Below, one piece after another: positions 14,301 to 30,000 of a DNA stretch of 64,000 nucleotides; the first letter of the stretch is position 1; every line of letters begins with the position of its first letter. This stretch comes from Octopus vulgaris. Lineage: Eukaryota. The translations under genes and the position numbers were made by a program. The stretch is taken from NCBI GenBank assembly GCA_951406725.2, contig OX597823.1:81034001-81098000 (forward strand). The letters run 5' to 3'. The notes beneath the pieces are model-generated. The model was not told the DNA's origin, ran no database searches, and saw only the letters and a list, made by a program, of their open reading frames with translations.

Positions 14301-15354
14301 TTCACACTGTTAAACCAAATTGCCAAATAGTTGTAACAGTATCAATTCTTGGATGTTTTGAATCCCGTAAGTGCAATTTTATTTTTAAACAGACTTTCCA
14401 ATGAAGTCCTCAACTGTGCCAAGATACTTGATAAACTAGTAAGATGAGGGGTGGGGGAAGGGGAAGGTATCCTCAAACCAGAGACCTGGCCTGAGTCTGT
14501 GAAATAAATTGGAATCCACTAAAGACACCCAAGGTATCAGGTTTTGCTCTTAAACTAAGCCACAGGTTATGTTAACCATCCAAATAGACAATGGTAAGAT
14601 CTGAACTGAAAAGTATAAAAAAGGTGGAACAAATAATGTAAGATATTTTATCCTGTATCCTTAGTCCTGCCATTCCATGGCCATGGATTGGTTATTCCTT
14701 TATAACCCCACAAAAAAGGCATGAAATATGAAGATGACCATTCTGGGATTTGAACCCAGATGGCTCAGAGCCAGAGCAAATATAGCATGAGGTATTCAAT
14801 CCAAAGCTTTAACAACCCTGCCAATTCACTTGCTACTTGTAATTAACAAATATATGATTCTTTTTTTTTTTAAATAGACTTTCTGATGAATGCAAATGTG
14901 TTTTTTCTCCTGGTTTTTTTTTTTTTTTTTTAGATTTTCTTTTAAAACTGCCACAAATATTTTCAAAGGGATTCAGCATAAGCCTAGGACAATTATCAAG
15001 CTAAGATGATGTTTTTTGAAACATAAATAGCTTCAGAAATCACTCAATAGTTATGCATTTTATATATTCATTATATGCATGCTCACTCTCGGAGTGGTTG
15101 GCGTTAGGAAGGGCATCCAGCTGTAGAAACACTGCCAGATCTGACTGGCCTGGTGCAGCCTTCGGGCTCCCCAGACCCCAGTTGAACCGTCCAACCCATG
15201 CTAGCATGGAAAGCAGACGTTAAACGATGATGATGATGATATATATTACTACATTATATTATAGAGACATATATGCACATATGTATGTATTGCAGGTGTG
15301 TGTGTGTATGTATATATATATGTGTGTGTGTATGTATATATATATATATGTATG

Positions 15355-15417
<63 letters not shown>

Positions 15418-15434
15418 ATGTATGTATGTATGTA

Positions 15435-15467
<33 letters not shown>

Positions 15468-15904
15468 ATGTATGTATGTATGTATGTATATATATGTATG
15501 TATGTATGTATATATATTTGTATATATATATGTAATGTAAATATATATAAGAATATACACACACATGCACACATAAATTACATATAGACACATGAAATAT
15601 GTGTATACTCTAAACAATGAACATAAACAAAATGACAACACAGGAGGAGCAAACTTTAACAAATGTTAAAATTAATAGGTTATTGCTTAAAAGAAGGAAG
15701 GGAAAGAGTCTTAACATTTTGGGAATTAGTCCTTCATCAGAATAGAAGCAAAAAGAGAGGGGAAGAAAAGAAGACAGAAAAGAGATTAAAAGGAGGAAAA
15801 TGATGGAAGTGGTGAGTGGAAGAGGTGGAGGTAAATAATGGGAAGTGCTAGGAGCAAGGAAATATAAATAAGAGGTCAGTATAAGTTTTAAACATTTATA
15901 TATA

Positions 15905-15937
<33 letters not shown>

Positions 15938-18900
15938 GCACACACACACATGTACACTCTTTCTCTCTCTCACATAAACATACACATTATATATGCATAT
16001 ACTTATACATATGTTTATAACTTATATTATATAATATGTTAACAAGCACTGGTGCTGCTTCCATGTAAAAAACATTGTTGCTGGGTCTTATGTAAAAAGC
16101 ACCCAGTACACTCTGTAAAGTGGTTGGCATTAGGAAAGGCATCCAGCTGTAGAAACCAAGTCAAAGCAGAGTATGAAACCTGACGTGGTCCCTGGCCAGC
16201 TCCTGTCCAGCCAGCCAACTCATGCCAGCATGGAAAATGAACATTAAATGATGATGGTGATGATGATAGTGATTAACACTTTAACATTTAAATCAGCCAT
16301 ATCTGGCCAAAGTATTCACTCTGTTTTATGTTGAAACCAGCCAGATCAGGCCTATCACACTGACCCTACAATATCTATCTAAAAACATACAATCACACTA
16401 CCAGATAATACATGAGTAATTCAAAGCATTTTGAATAAATAAGCATTATATTTGACAGAGCGATCTGAGAACTAAAGGGCTGAGCATGTGTTTAAAAAAT
16501 TGTTTATATTTGGTAAAAAAATTACCTGAAACAACATTCTGTGTATTTGTCACCATGCATGGAATTTAATTATTCTTTAATATCTTCTTTCTAGAGTCTA
16601 CAACTGAAGCAGCAACAACAGCTACAGGTACGTAGTTCAGAATAACCATATTCAGCACAGTTTTATCTTACATGAAGATAAGGAATTGGGAAAACATCAT
16701 ATACAGATATTTCGTTTTGGGATTTGGTTTGCAAGATTCTTTATATGAGTTCGTGTGTTGAAGCATATTCTGTTGTGTCAGAAGCATATACTGTTTTGTT
16801 GTGTCAGTAAGACTATTGAAAAGGTTGTAAGACACAATGAAAATTTTAGGAAAATAAAAATAAGAAATAGGTGGAAATTTTATCAGTGAGTGTGTTAAAT
16901 AATAAGGCACAAAAAGAAAATGACTCTCCCGAGACACAACATCATATACAGATGTCATGCAATAATAACTGAATTCCTTTAAGCCAGGGTTTCCCAATCA
17001 AGGGTGCTTGCACCTCCAAGGGGTGTGACACAGTATTTCAGGGGGTGTGAGCAGGGCTGGATTTATAGGGGCGTCAAAGAAGGCAATTGCCCCAGGCACC
17101 TTTATTCTTATGTAAATTATTACTTTAAAGGGTGCAAGAACATATTAAAAGTTTTTTGGGGTGTGGGACATAGAAAAGGTTGGGAACCACTGCTTTTAAG
17201 CTGTGGATGACAATGGAATTAAAAATATGTTGGTAAACATTCTTTTGCATACAATTAAATCAATTTTATCTTACTTATAGACTTACATTCCTAAAAGAAT
17301 GTGATTCTACAGATAATAAGAGATTTAGCTCTAAGTATCTTCTTATAGGTAAATTCCTTTCATTACGAATACATAGATGTCATTTCTAGTTTTCTAATAA
17401 TTCTCTCTGATAGTATTTTTCTTACTCACTCCTTTTTCACATCATCATTGTTTGGTAATAAATTGTTGTTGTTGTAGCTGCTGTGGCTGTTTTCCTCCTC
17501 CTCCTCATCATCCTCTGCCTACTCCCCCTCCTCCCACTACTTCTTCATTGCTGCTGTTGTTCTTCTTCCAATCAGGACTCACGCCATTAGCCACAAAGAA
17601 TAATCTCTAATTCGAGCCTACTCTAAACTATTAAGAATGCGTGTGGCAAATTGATGATCCACCCACCACACGTGATAGACTGGTGGTTGTACGGGTGCGA
17701 AAGCTACGTTGTTATCCTCATTTCGTAAATGGTGGCTTTTAGCGGGTGGAGAGCTGAACCATCCTAGGGTACAGAGGCTTCACAATCTAGACTAGGGTCT
17801 GAAAGTTTACCACACCATAGTGGGTTACTCTGCTTTGTGGCAGAAGTAGGAAGAAAGAGTGAGAGAAAGTTGTATGAAAGAGTACAACAGGGTTCACCAC
17901 CTTCCCCTGCTGGAGTCTCGTGGAGCTTAGGTGTTTTTGCTCAATAAACACTCACAATGCCCAGTCTGGGAATTGAAACTGTGTTCTTACGACCGCGAGT
18001 CCGCTGCCCTAACCACTGGGCCATTGCACCTCCACAGGCTGCTGTTGTTGTTTTCTTCCTCCTCCCCCCTCCTTTTTCGCTGCTGCTGCTGCTGTTGTTG
18101 CTGTTATTGTTCAGTCCAAAGTCAGACTTGATTAAACAGGCCTTTCATTGAGGGCATTCCAGCCATGACATCGCATCCTTTTGTTCATCCAGAATACATT
18201 GGTAAATGTATACTTCTTGTTCTAGATACTGAGATGTAATTTCAGGAAGATATTTCTACTATTTTTCACAGATCAAGTGATGTGATAGGGCCGCCATTTT
18301 TGGCTTTGAATAATTAGATATTTCTCAGTAAATGCATTCGTGGAAATGTTGTCGAGTATATGTAAGTATTGATATCTATAATTACTGATTTGATTGTTTG
18401 TAACTGAAATAAAAGACACCAAGTTTCTGAAGTGTGTGTGTGTGTGTGTATTTGAGTATCTTCCTATGTACAGGTCTATTCAATACTTGTCAAAGGAATG
18501 TGCCCTCAGTATTTTGGCATTCACTGATTGAATAAATAATTAGCTGTTTTCTTCATCTCTTAATACAGAATCCTGGTGTGTGATGAATGATGGTTTAGCT
18601 GATGCTTCATTAATAAGAGGTTGGGACATTAAGACTTCAAGCAATCAAGAACATGTAAATTCTATCAGACCTGGTGGAAAAGGCTGGAAACCTGATCTCA
18701 GTGACAAAAAACGTGTGGTAACAATTTTTGTTGGAGATGCTTTAAGATATGGTGCAACAATAAGACTGCCTCATGCCAAATATGTTGAGAAGTTTGATGT
18801 GATACTCTCTGATGGACGGGTAAATTATATCCAGATTTTTACAATATTTGCCTACATTTACATCAATAATATATTTACTATTAAACTTTAAATAATTTAT

Positions 18901-21900
18901 GCTAATACATGGTATCCCCTGGTGGAGTGTTAACACATTTCTTCATAATATTTGGTAGGATTAGAAGTTTGAATTTGAAATTAAGAAATAAGGGAGGATG
19001 TATAGATTACATATATCCGATTTTCTATTTTTATTCACACCCTTTCAGTACTACTCCTCTCTCCCAGCTGACGGGTTTTATTGTCCAAGGTATTTGGTGA
19101 TCCTGTTGGTACCTGGTTCCACCTAAAAAGCTTTAGTGAGTGTACTACGTAAAAAGCATTGGAGCTGGTGCCATTTAAAAAGTTCCCATGCTGGGACTGC
19201 ATAAAAAGCACCCTGTACACTCTGTAAAGTGGTTGATGTTAGGAATGGCATCCAGCAGTAGAAACCAACCATGCCAAAACAGACAATAGAACTTGATGCT
19301 GCTCCAGGTTTTGCCATACCCTGTCAAACAGTTTGACCCATATCAGCATAGACATCAAATGTCAAGTAATAATGATGATGTTAATGTTGATTTGGTATCA
19401 TGTCAGTCCTGCTCCTATTCTCTCTTTACTCTTTTACTTGTTTCAGTCATGTGACTGTAGCCATGCTGGAGCACCACATGTAGTCGAGCAAATCGACCCC
19501 AGGACTTATTCTTTGTAAGCCTAGTACTTATTCTATCGGTCTCTTTTGCTGAACCGCTAAGTTACAGGGACGTAAAACACACCAGCATCAGTTGTCAAGC
19601 AATGTTGGGAGGGACAAACACAGACACACAAACATATACGCACACATACTTATATATATACATATATACGACAGGCTTCTTTCAGTTTCTGTCTACCAAA
19701 TCCACTCACAAGGCTTTGGTCGGCCCGAGGCTATAGTAGAAGACACTTGCCCAAGTTGCCACGAAGTGGGACTGAACCCAGAACCATGTGGTTTGTAAGC
19801 AAGCTACTTACCTTACAGCCACTCATACGCCTATGATAATCAAAAACATTTCAGTTATGATCATCTTCCCTTTTTTAAGGCATAGTATAATGTGGACTAC
19901 ATTAATCTATGTTTATTTCAGTTTTAAAGTTAGTGTGTAAGTAAGTGGTGAGGTGGATTCGATTTCTATTTCTTATAGGCTGTGTGAGAATAGATCAGCA
20001 ATAAGATTTTGATAAGTAAATAGGTTTCTCATTAAATAATAAATTCCAAAGAGATTTTTTCATTTTATTCTTACATAAAATAATCCTTTCTACTATAGGC
20101 ACAAAGCCTGAAATTTTGAGGGGAGGTGGCCAGTTGATTAGATCGACCTCAGGACACAACTGGTACTTAATTTATCGACCCTGAAAGGATGAAGGCAAAT
20201 TCGACCTCAGCGGAATTTGAACTCTGAGGGAAGCAATAGGCGAAATACTGCTAAGCATTTCATCTAACGTGCTAACGATTCTGCTTGCTCACCACCTTAA
20301 TTCTTATATAAAGTAATACAAATGGAAACACACTTATATTTCATCTCTATCTCCTTTGTGCAGTACCTACCAGTATTACTTGGATATGTCTCTTAAGTAG
20401 ATTTACATATATCTCTATATATATAAAGCTGAAGTTGTCTGTGTATGGCAGGTTTGGTAGCCTTCAACTAACACTATCTTCTCCGAGACCCTGCGGTGCA
20501 AGATGACCAAAATTGAAGTATGATAGAAGAAGGCTTACCCTTCCTTCCATAGAAGAAAAAATACAAATCGGACCATGTTAACACCAAAAATTATTTACAT
20601 CTAAAAGATCCTTTGAAAATCCTTATTTTTTATGATTTTTTTGACTGCTGTGTTGCCATTTTTTGGTGTATTTCAACCAGAAAAATGTTCACTTAAAGAG
20701 AATAACAAGCTGCATAATACAAAATATTTACTTTTCAAAAGTTACAATTCTAAAGGGTCAAAACAAACCCGAGCAACGCCGGGCGATACTGCTAGTACTA
20801 TATAAAACTATCATCATCATCATCATCATCATATGTCCATTTTCCATGCTAGCATGGGTTAGATGGTTTGAGAGGAGCTAGCAAACCAGAGGACTGCACC
20901 AAACTCCACTCTCTCTTTTGGCATGGCTTTTACAGTTGGAGGTCCTTCCTAAAACCAGCCACATTACTGAGTGGACTGGGTGCTTTTGCAAGGCACCAGC
21001 ACTGGCATGGTCTGATCAGAGATATATCCATATATTGTACAAAGAGTCATAAAAGAAAAAGAAATAATTTTTTACACAAGAGATAACTAGAGAGGAAAAT
21101 AACAAAAAATGAAGCTCATTTTCATTTTTCATGAAAACCTTAATTATTTGTATGTTTTGTTATAAATTATAAAATAGGCAATGTTAACTAAGTCATATGT
21201 CTTTCTGCAGAATACCAACCATATTCGTAACAATGAGCCTGATGCTATTATTAAGATACCTTTTGGTACCACAGTAAACAGTGTAAAATTACAGTTTCAT
21301 TCTGTGAAACCAGAGTGCCAAATAGCTGTAACAATATCAATTCTTGGATGTTTTGAATCACGTAAGTATGATTGTACATTTCATACAAACTTATAATGCA
21401 GTATTTCTATGTATAATAATATTTATGATAACCCATATTATCTTATTATGTAGTATCATGTAGTACATAATAATAATTTGGAAAATAATAAAATTATATG
21501 TGGTAAAACTAACAAGGTAATATACTATACAATCGTTTAAACTGGAATTTAATCATTCTCTAATATTTTTTTTCTATAGATTCTACAACTGAAGCAATAA
21601 CAACAGCTACAGGTATGTAGTTTACAATTTCCACAATGGTAATATCAGTACAGTTTGACAAGAGAATAGCATAAAAGCATTTATTTATGTCATGTGAGGT
21701 CTGGTCAAAAAGTATTGGCACTGTTACTATGGTAAGGGAGCTGAAGTACACAGAGTGAAACTGCTTGGCACGGTTTGACATTGAACTCTGTTGTACATGC
21801 ACACTAAGTAATAATGCTCTTGCTCGCTTCTGTTGTTTATAGCAGTGCCTGGAAGTAAAGTATGTAGAGTGTGGTTGTCTCAAAAAGATATTCGGATTTC

Positions 21901-24900
21901 AGCTGTGCAAGATCACCTAGACTGTATCAAGGAAGACAAAAACTTTTTGAAAATGGTTATAACAGGTAACAAATCATGGGTCTAAAAACAAGGCAAAAAT
22001 CAAATCCCAATTTAAAGGAACAACATTTCAGGACACCAAGGAAAGCCAAGAGAATGCAACAGGGCAGCTGCTCACCATCCCCAAAAAAGGAGTTCCAGGT
22101 ATACTTCCATCAATGGAAATGATGCTGGATAAAGTGACTTCAGAAGGGAACTACTTCAAAGGAGATTAAATACTGAATTGATATGTTTGACAGTTTTCTT
22201 TTTATTCATCAATCCTGATATTTTTTGGTCAGACCTCATTTGCCATAATAACTGAATGCTCTTAGAATTTTATAGAATCAAAATAAATTAGGAATATTAA
22301 ATCACAGATAACCAAATTTAATAGTGTCTTCCAATAGAATTTTGTTCATGTGAGAATGTGGTGATAGAAATTATGAGATTTTGTTCTAAAATTTTATTGT
22401 AGAAAATTTACATCCACTATGAATATTAGAAGAAAAACTGCCTTCTGGGCCTTTTTTCTGCCAGACTGTTATCTTCCTCTTCCTCATCTTTCTCCTCCAC
22501 CTTATCATCACCATCATTATCCTTCTCATCTTCATTATTTGAAAGGTGTTATATGTCTAAATGTTCCTGTTAGACAAGTTTCCTATTTCAACTGAATGTG
22601 TACATTATACTTTCTTTCTAATTTCATATATGCTGTAGCCTTAAATTGTTTCTGAATTTGGTTATGATACTTCTAGAATTAAATCTTTTTTACCATTTAT
22701 AATAGTTTGTTTTCAAACTGATCTAAATGTTGCTCATGTGGAGGATTTAAATAAATCTAAAACAGAGAGATTCTCAAACATTTTCCTTTATTCTGTATGT
22801 ATGTATACATACATATAGAATATAGATGGTGAAAGGTAATATATTTAGAATAATCCAATGGAATACATCTCTGAATTCTAACAGTTCAAGTAACCTATTT
22901 TGAATACCTAACTGTGAGAAAACTGGCAAATATGAGGAGAGAGCCCTTATTAATTGCCAATAAATATATATATATATGGTGCTTTTTACGTTCCACCAGC
23001 ACAGGTATCTTAACTACAATTTCCATTTGATTTTTATTTTGATGTTGTTGAAAAAAAAAATCAAAATCAAATGGAAATTGTAGTTAAGATACCTGTGCTG
23101 GTGGCATGTAAAAAGCACCATCCGAACATGGCTGATGCCAGTGCCGCCTCACTGGCATCCGTGTCGGTGACATAAAAAGCACTAACCGATCATTGCTGTC
23201 TGCCAGCCTCCTCTGGCCCATGTGCCGGTGGCATGTAAAAAGCACTCACTACACGCACTGAGTGGTTGGCGTTAGGCACTGCGGTCATATTTGTTTCTGC
23301 CATTTAATGGTTTGCTCCTGCTGACGCCTTCACTGTTGCCATTGGATGTCGCTAATGTTGTTCGATGAGCTACTGCTACTACTTTGGTTGTTAGTGCTGG
23401 ATACCGCCAGTTTCATATATGAATCCCTCATAGATATATAAATGTTGATTTATATATTTACATACAAATCAATACTTAGCAGGAAAACACTTAATATTGT
23501 AATTATGAAATAAAAGACACTTCCTAAATTGTCTCTGTAACTAATTAAAAAATTAAAGTGTGTGTATGATTACTCACTTACATATAAGTCTCTGCAGTGC
23601 AAGTTGAAAGAATTTACCTGTAGTATTTGACTTTTATCTCTTAATACAGAGTCCTGGTGTGTTATGAATGATGGTTTAGCTGATGCTTCATTAATAAGAA
23701 GTTGGGACATTAAGACTTCAAGCAATCAAGAACATGTGAATTCTATCAGACCTGGTGGAAAAGGATGGAAACCCGATCTCAGTGACAAAAAACGTATGGT
23801 AACTATTTTTGTTGGAGATGCTTTAAGATATGGTGCTACAATAAGGTTACCCCATGCGAAATATGTGGAAAAGTTTGATGTAATACTCTCTGATGGACAG
23901 GTAAATTATATCTTGATTTAGAATATTTTGTTATTTTTACACAAATTATTTAGTTATTTTTAGTACATTAATTAATTTATAAGAAATATCTAATGTTCTC
24001 AATTAATAACATGTTGTTTCTACACAATCAGATCTTTTATGGAAAGCATCCTAGCAATGATCATTACTTCTTTTTACTCCAAGCCTAGTATAGCTTGGAA
24101 TGCATTAGTCAGTGTGGATTTGCATTTTTTTATAGAGTCATTGAAGTTGTTCTCTCTTTTATGCCAAACAAAATAAGCAGAAATGATCAGCATTAAGATT
24201 CGATAAATAATTAGATTTTTAATTTAAAATAACTTTTGACTAGAACTCCATCTCTTTTTATCTCAGTAGTTAGCAATTTTGTTTTCTCCTTTGCGTAATA
24301 CCCAGTGCTGGATTAACCCATTAAGCAAAATAAGCATGTGCGCTGGGTATCAATGATCAGGGGCACCACAGATATGAAAATGGTTTACGGAACAAAAGAA
24401 ATCACTTTAAACTTGCTAAAATAATATTCGTAATGCCTTATCTCTACTAAGTATAGAAGCAGAAATTTTACATAAAATTGATTTTAATGATATCATCGAA
24501 CACTTTGCAATTAGAAATAAAAAAGAAAACTTTTCAAATATAAATAAAATAGAAGCATACAAAAATAAACATTATTTTCCATCTTATTGTAAATTTTGTT
24601 TCATTTTCAAAAATAAAAATTTACTTTATGTTTTATTATTGTTTACATTTTGAATATTTTTTGTTTACATTTTGAACCATTTAAATATACTTGAGGACAC
24701 CAAAACCTTTTAAGTGCTTAGGGCCTTTATGGGTCTTTATCTGCCCTTGGTAATATCGACCAGAATTACTTGGAAATTACACAAATTACTTAGTTTTATT
24801 TTAATGCATTAATTAATTTATGCTGTCATTTAGCTCCTTGTTAGTTCTGCTCCAGCAGACTGGTACAGAAAGCATTCTGGTCATAAGCATCACTCTTTTT

Positions 24901-26961
24901 TTTTTATCTGATATAGTGTAATTTGGACTACATTAGACAGTGTGAATTTTACTTTTGTACCAAGTAAAACAAGCCAGAACAGATCAACAATATGACTTGA
25001 TAAATACTTTGGTATTCTTTATTAATTTGATAAATGATTACTACATTTTTAATTAAGTTACAAAATATCTTCTAACATGAGCTTCATCTTTCTTTATTCT
25101 CAAGCAATTATCATTTGTTTTGAAACACATATTTAAAATATTTTTCCTTTGTGTAATATCTACCAAAATTATCTCAAAATATCTCTTACTTAGTTTCACA
25201 TTAGTATATTGTTAAATTTAAAAAAAATTAATCCTGTTAACTAAACTAACATTTCTTCCTACAGAACACCAAGCATATACAAAACAACAAACCTGATGCT
25301 ATTATTAAAATACCTTTTGGTACCACCGTCAACAATATAAAGTTACAATTTCACTCTGTTAAACCAGAATGCCAGATAGTTGTAACAGTATCAATTCTTG
25401 GATGTTTTGAAGCACGTAAGTGTAACTGCACTTCATAAACTTTATAATCCAAGATTTCTTTTTGCTATTTATAACACATGCTCTAGATACGTTTTAATCC
25501 TGCAGAAAAAATTGACCAAGTGGTAAAATAACAAAATAACATACTGTATAACTGTTTCAATGCATAAAATTAACTTATTCTGTTAATATCTTTTCTGCAG
25601 AATCAACAACTCCGGCAGCAACAGCTACAGGTATGAAATTTACTATTTCCTCTACTGCGATATCAGAATGGTCCTATGTTATGTAGAGACAAAGTATTGC
25701 ATAAAAGTATAAAATTCTGTCATATGCAATAATAATTGAGTGCTTTTGTTAATTACAGGGTTAAAAATGTGTTGAAAAATATTCTTTCCAGTATGAGTTA
25801 AGCAATGTAGTTTTCATATGAGCAAATGTGATGTTACAGATAATAAGAGGCTGAGTTATAAAAATTTTAATATACAGGTGCAAGCATGGCTATGTGGTAA
25901 GAAGCTTGCTTCTCAATTACATGCTTTTGGGTTCAGTACCACTGCGTGGTACCTTAGGTGACTGTTCTACCAAAGCCTTGGTAGAACAAAGTCTGATGCA
26001 GTCCTCTGCCTGGTCAGCTCCTGTCAAACCGACCAACCCATGCCAGCATGGAAAGCAGATGTTAAACAATGATAATAATGATGATGCTGATGATTAGCTC
26101 ATTCCTTATATCACATCTGCATTGTCTCTCCAGGATCACAATGTGCCACATGTCTAATGTTGATGTGATCATGGAGTAACATGAGATGAAATGTTTTTCT
26201 CAAGAACACAATGCTTTTCCCAGTCCAGGAATCAAAATCACAATCTTGTGATCATGAATGAAACACCCTAACCACTAAGCCATGCATTCTTGTAATGATG
26301 TACATGTGTAAGTGTTTACATCTGTAAGCTTGAAAGAGTAGAAACCTTCTGTATTTTCATGATAACTAATGTAAGAAACAAAATGTGTGTGTGTACATGT
26401 CGGTATATATTTGTGTCTCAGTATATACAATGTGAGGTAAAAGTATTTACTTCCAGTATTTAGCATTCACTGATTGCATAAATAATGTTGCTTTTCCTCT
26501 CTTAATACAGAATCATGGTGTGTGATGAATGATGGTTTAGCAGATGCTTCATTAATAAGAAGTTGGGACATTGAGACTTCAAGCAATCAAGAACATGTAA
26601 ATTCTATCAGACCTGGTGGAAAAGGATGGAAACCTGATGTCAGTGACAAAAAACGCACTGTAACAATTTTTGTTGGAGATGCTTTAAGATATGGTGCAAC
26701 AATAAGATTACCCCATGCAAAATATGTGGAGAAGTTTGACGTGATACTCTCTGATGGACGGGTAAATTATATCCAAATTCTGAATATAAACTTATTTTAT
26801 TTTTACACCAAACATTTACTTATTGATGAATGTAGACATAAGTATGGCTGTGTGGTTAAGAAACTTGTTTCCCAATCTCATGGTTTTGATAGTATGCCCA
26901 CTCTATTGACAGATATATGAGTGCATCTTTTCCCTGACTTGTGGTCTCTTAGACGACTCAC

Positions 26962-27006
<45 letters not shown>

Positions 27007-30000
27007 ATGGGCTTCTTCCAGTTTCTGACTGCCAAATCGACTCACAAGAATTTGGTCAGCCTGAGGCTATAGTTGAAAATACTTATCCTAGGTTCCATGT
27101 TGTGGGACTGAACCTGGAACCATGTGGTTGGGAAGCAAATTTCTTATCACACAGCTATGCCTGCAATCTTTTTATATAAATTTTTAAAGTGGGCAATATT
27201 AACTAAGCTGTATTATTTTTACAGAATACCAAGCATATACAAAACAACAAACCTGATGCTATTATCAAAATACCTTTTGGTACCACAGTCAAAAGTATAA
27301 AGTTACAATTTCATTCTGTTAAACCAGAATGCCAGATAGTTGTAACAGTATCAATCCTTGGATGTTTTGAAGCACGTAAGTTTGGCTTATACTTTTTAAA
27401 CAAAGTTTTCAGTCCAGAATTCCTATATACTATATATATATTAATTTTAACCCAAGTTATATTTTCTATACATTTTAATCATATATAAGAAAAATATAAA
27501 TTTATGCCATAAAAATAACAAAATAATATTTATATAATAATCTGCTTGTTAGTACACTCGTTACACATTAGTTAGTTAAAGAGGTGGAAGTGGAGTGAGT
27601 GAGAGGTTGAGTAAAAGTGAGAGAAATAGAAGGGGAAGAATGTGATTAGAAAAGAAAGAAGTGAGGAAGAAGTAGAGAAAGATGTATAAGGCCAAATGTG
27701 TCACGTGGTTAGTTGAAGGGAGAGGTTAAGAGCGAGAGAAAAAGATGGTGAGAGAAAAGTGGGGGAGAAAATTGTGAGTGACATGTAGGGTGGAGGAGAG
27801 AGAAAGATAAATAGAAAGAGATATGTTTAGGATACAATATTTAGGAGAGGGTGATGGTCGGTGGTGAGTTTAAGAAAGGCAGATAGAGAAATGAACAGAG
27901 GAGGCAGTTACATTAAGAGAGAGAGAGAAAGCGAGCGAGAGAGAAAGTGAGAGAGAGAGAGAGAGAGATGGTGGTTATGGTGGTGGTGGTGTGTTGATAG
28001 CGAAAAATATTTTTTCGTTGAACTAAATCTATAATATTATTCTTCTACTTGTTAGTTTAGTTTATACTTTTGTTTGTTAGAGAGGAGGAGGAGATAGAGT
28101 TAGAGAGAGAAGAAGAGGGAATGTGAGAGTAAGTGAGAGAGCAGATAGCCAACAGATGCATTATACTGTCACTCATGTGGCTAGTAGAAGTGAGAGATGA
28201 TGAGAAAGAGAGAAATGTTAAAGACATGAAGAGGGGAATGACATGGTTAAAAAGTTTGTTGAAGAGGTAGAGATAAAGAGAGAACTATAAAGTGCTTAGC
28301 AGAGGGAAATTTTAAAATCAGATTATATATTATTGTGACTGGAAGTGAAATAACTTAGCAAAATGAAAATTAAAATGAAAATCATCCTTTCTTTCTTAAA
28401 TAGCTTTTCTTAATCTTTTTTCATTCTGTGGAATTTCCATGGACTCCACATGTATTATATAATTGTTTCAGTGCTAACAATTTAATTATTCTTTAATATC
28501 TTCTCTCTAGAGTCTACAACAATAGCTGCAACAACTGCTACTGGTAAGTAGTCTACAATTTATGCTATCCCTTGTCTTTATGGCAAGGGATTAAGGCAGT
28601 GAGCTGGCAGAATCATTAGCATGCCGGGCGAAATGCCTAGCGGTATTTCATCTGCTGCTACGTTCTGAGTTCAAATTCTGCCGAGGTCGACTTTGCCTTT
28701 CATCCTTTTGGGGTCGATAAATTAAGTACCAGTTACGCACTGGGGTCGATGTAATCGACTTAACCCCTTTGTCTGTCCTTGTTTGTCCCCTCTAAGTTTA
28801 GCCCCCTGTGGACAATAAAGAAATATTTATGGCAAGGGATGTCATAAAAGCTTAGATCCATGTTAGATGTAATAATAACTCAATACTTTTAAAGATTCCC
28901 TTCGGTCATGAATGACCAAAGGATTGCACTTTGAAAGTTACTCTCCAAGGTACAAGTCCAGCCAAGGTTGTTTATGGAAGACCAGCAGTCTCCCATGCCA
29001 GCTGCACCTCTCCATATCACCGATGTTATCCATGGGAAAGGTGAGGCTGATACAGCTTGGCACCAGTAATACCGCAATTCATTTCTACAGCTGAGTGAAC
29101 TGGAGCAACATGAAATAAAGTGTCTTGCTCAAGAATACAACTCACAGCCCAATCTGGGAATCAAACTCACTACCGTATGATTGTGAGCCTGATGCTCTAA
29201 CCACTAAGCCATGTGCCTTCACATATCCAATTCTTTTAGGCTATGATTAATTAGAGGACAAAATTTTAAATACATTGAAGAGTAATCTTTGCGATATGAC
29301 TAATTCAATAGTCTTCCTGCAGACTAATGTTTCTCATCCATTTTTTGCCTATGGATTACCAGCATTGCCTTACTGGCACCTGTGCTGGTGGCATGTGTAA
29401 AAAGATTCAAGCGAGATTGTTGCCAGTGCTGCCTGACTGGCCCCCGTGCCGGTGGCATGTAAAAAGCACCCACTACACTCTCGGAGTGGTTGGTGTTAGG
29501 AAGGGCATCCAGCTGTAGAAACTCTACCAGATCAAGATTGGAGCCTGGTGCAGCCATCTGGTTCGCCAGCCCTCAGTTAAAATCATTCAACCCATGCTAG
29601 CATGGAAAGCAGACGTTAAACGACGATGATGATGATGATGATGATGGACCCTTATTTTACTCTACTGGGCCTCCAGAGCTAGTTCATGTGTATAAAAAAA
29701 AACATCCTAATGTATTTTTTATAATTAAATATTATTAAGAATTGTACAACAAAAAATTTTAATATTTTGTGTATTGTAAAAGTATAAGCAATTTATTGCA
29801 CATACACATTAACAATAAAATCTTATATGTAGATCCTGGTTGGGCCATGTGGATCCTGGTTGGGAACCACAGCTGTAGATTATGATTCATGCAACAATGT
29901 CATGTTGCAGATAATGAGAGATGTTGGCGAATTCCGTTCATTGTGAATATCATCATCATTTAACATTCATTGTCCATGATGGTATGGGTTGAATGGCTTG

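Noticed and set aside
15227-15662. Cluster of overlapping Y/I/C/V/H/T-rich ORFs (also 62265-62813 and 53607-53913)
   Set aside because: Translations of microsatellites.
27540-28450. Long purine-rich tract with a terminal hairpin (possible Helitron-like or triplex element)
   Set aside because: Low complexity and the CTAG end is not intact; cannot be classified with support.
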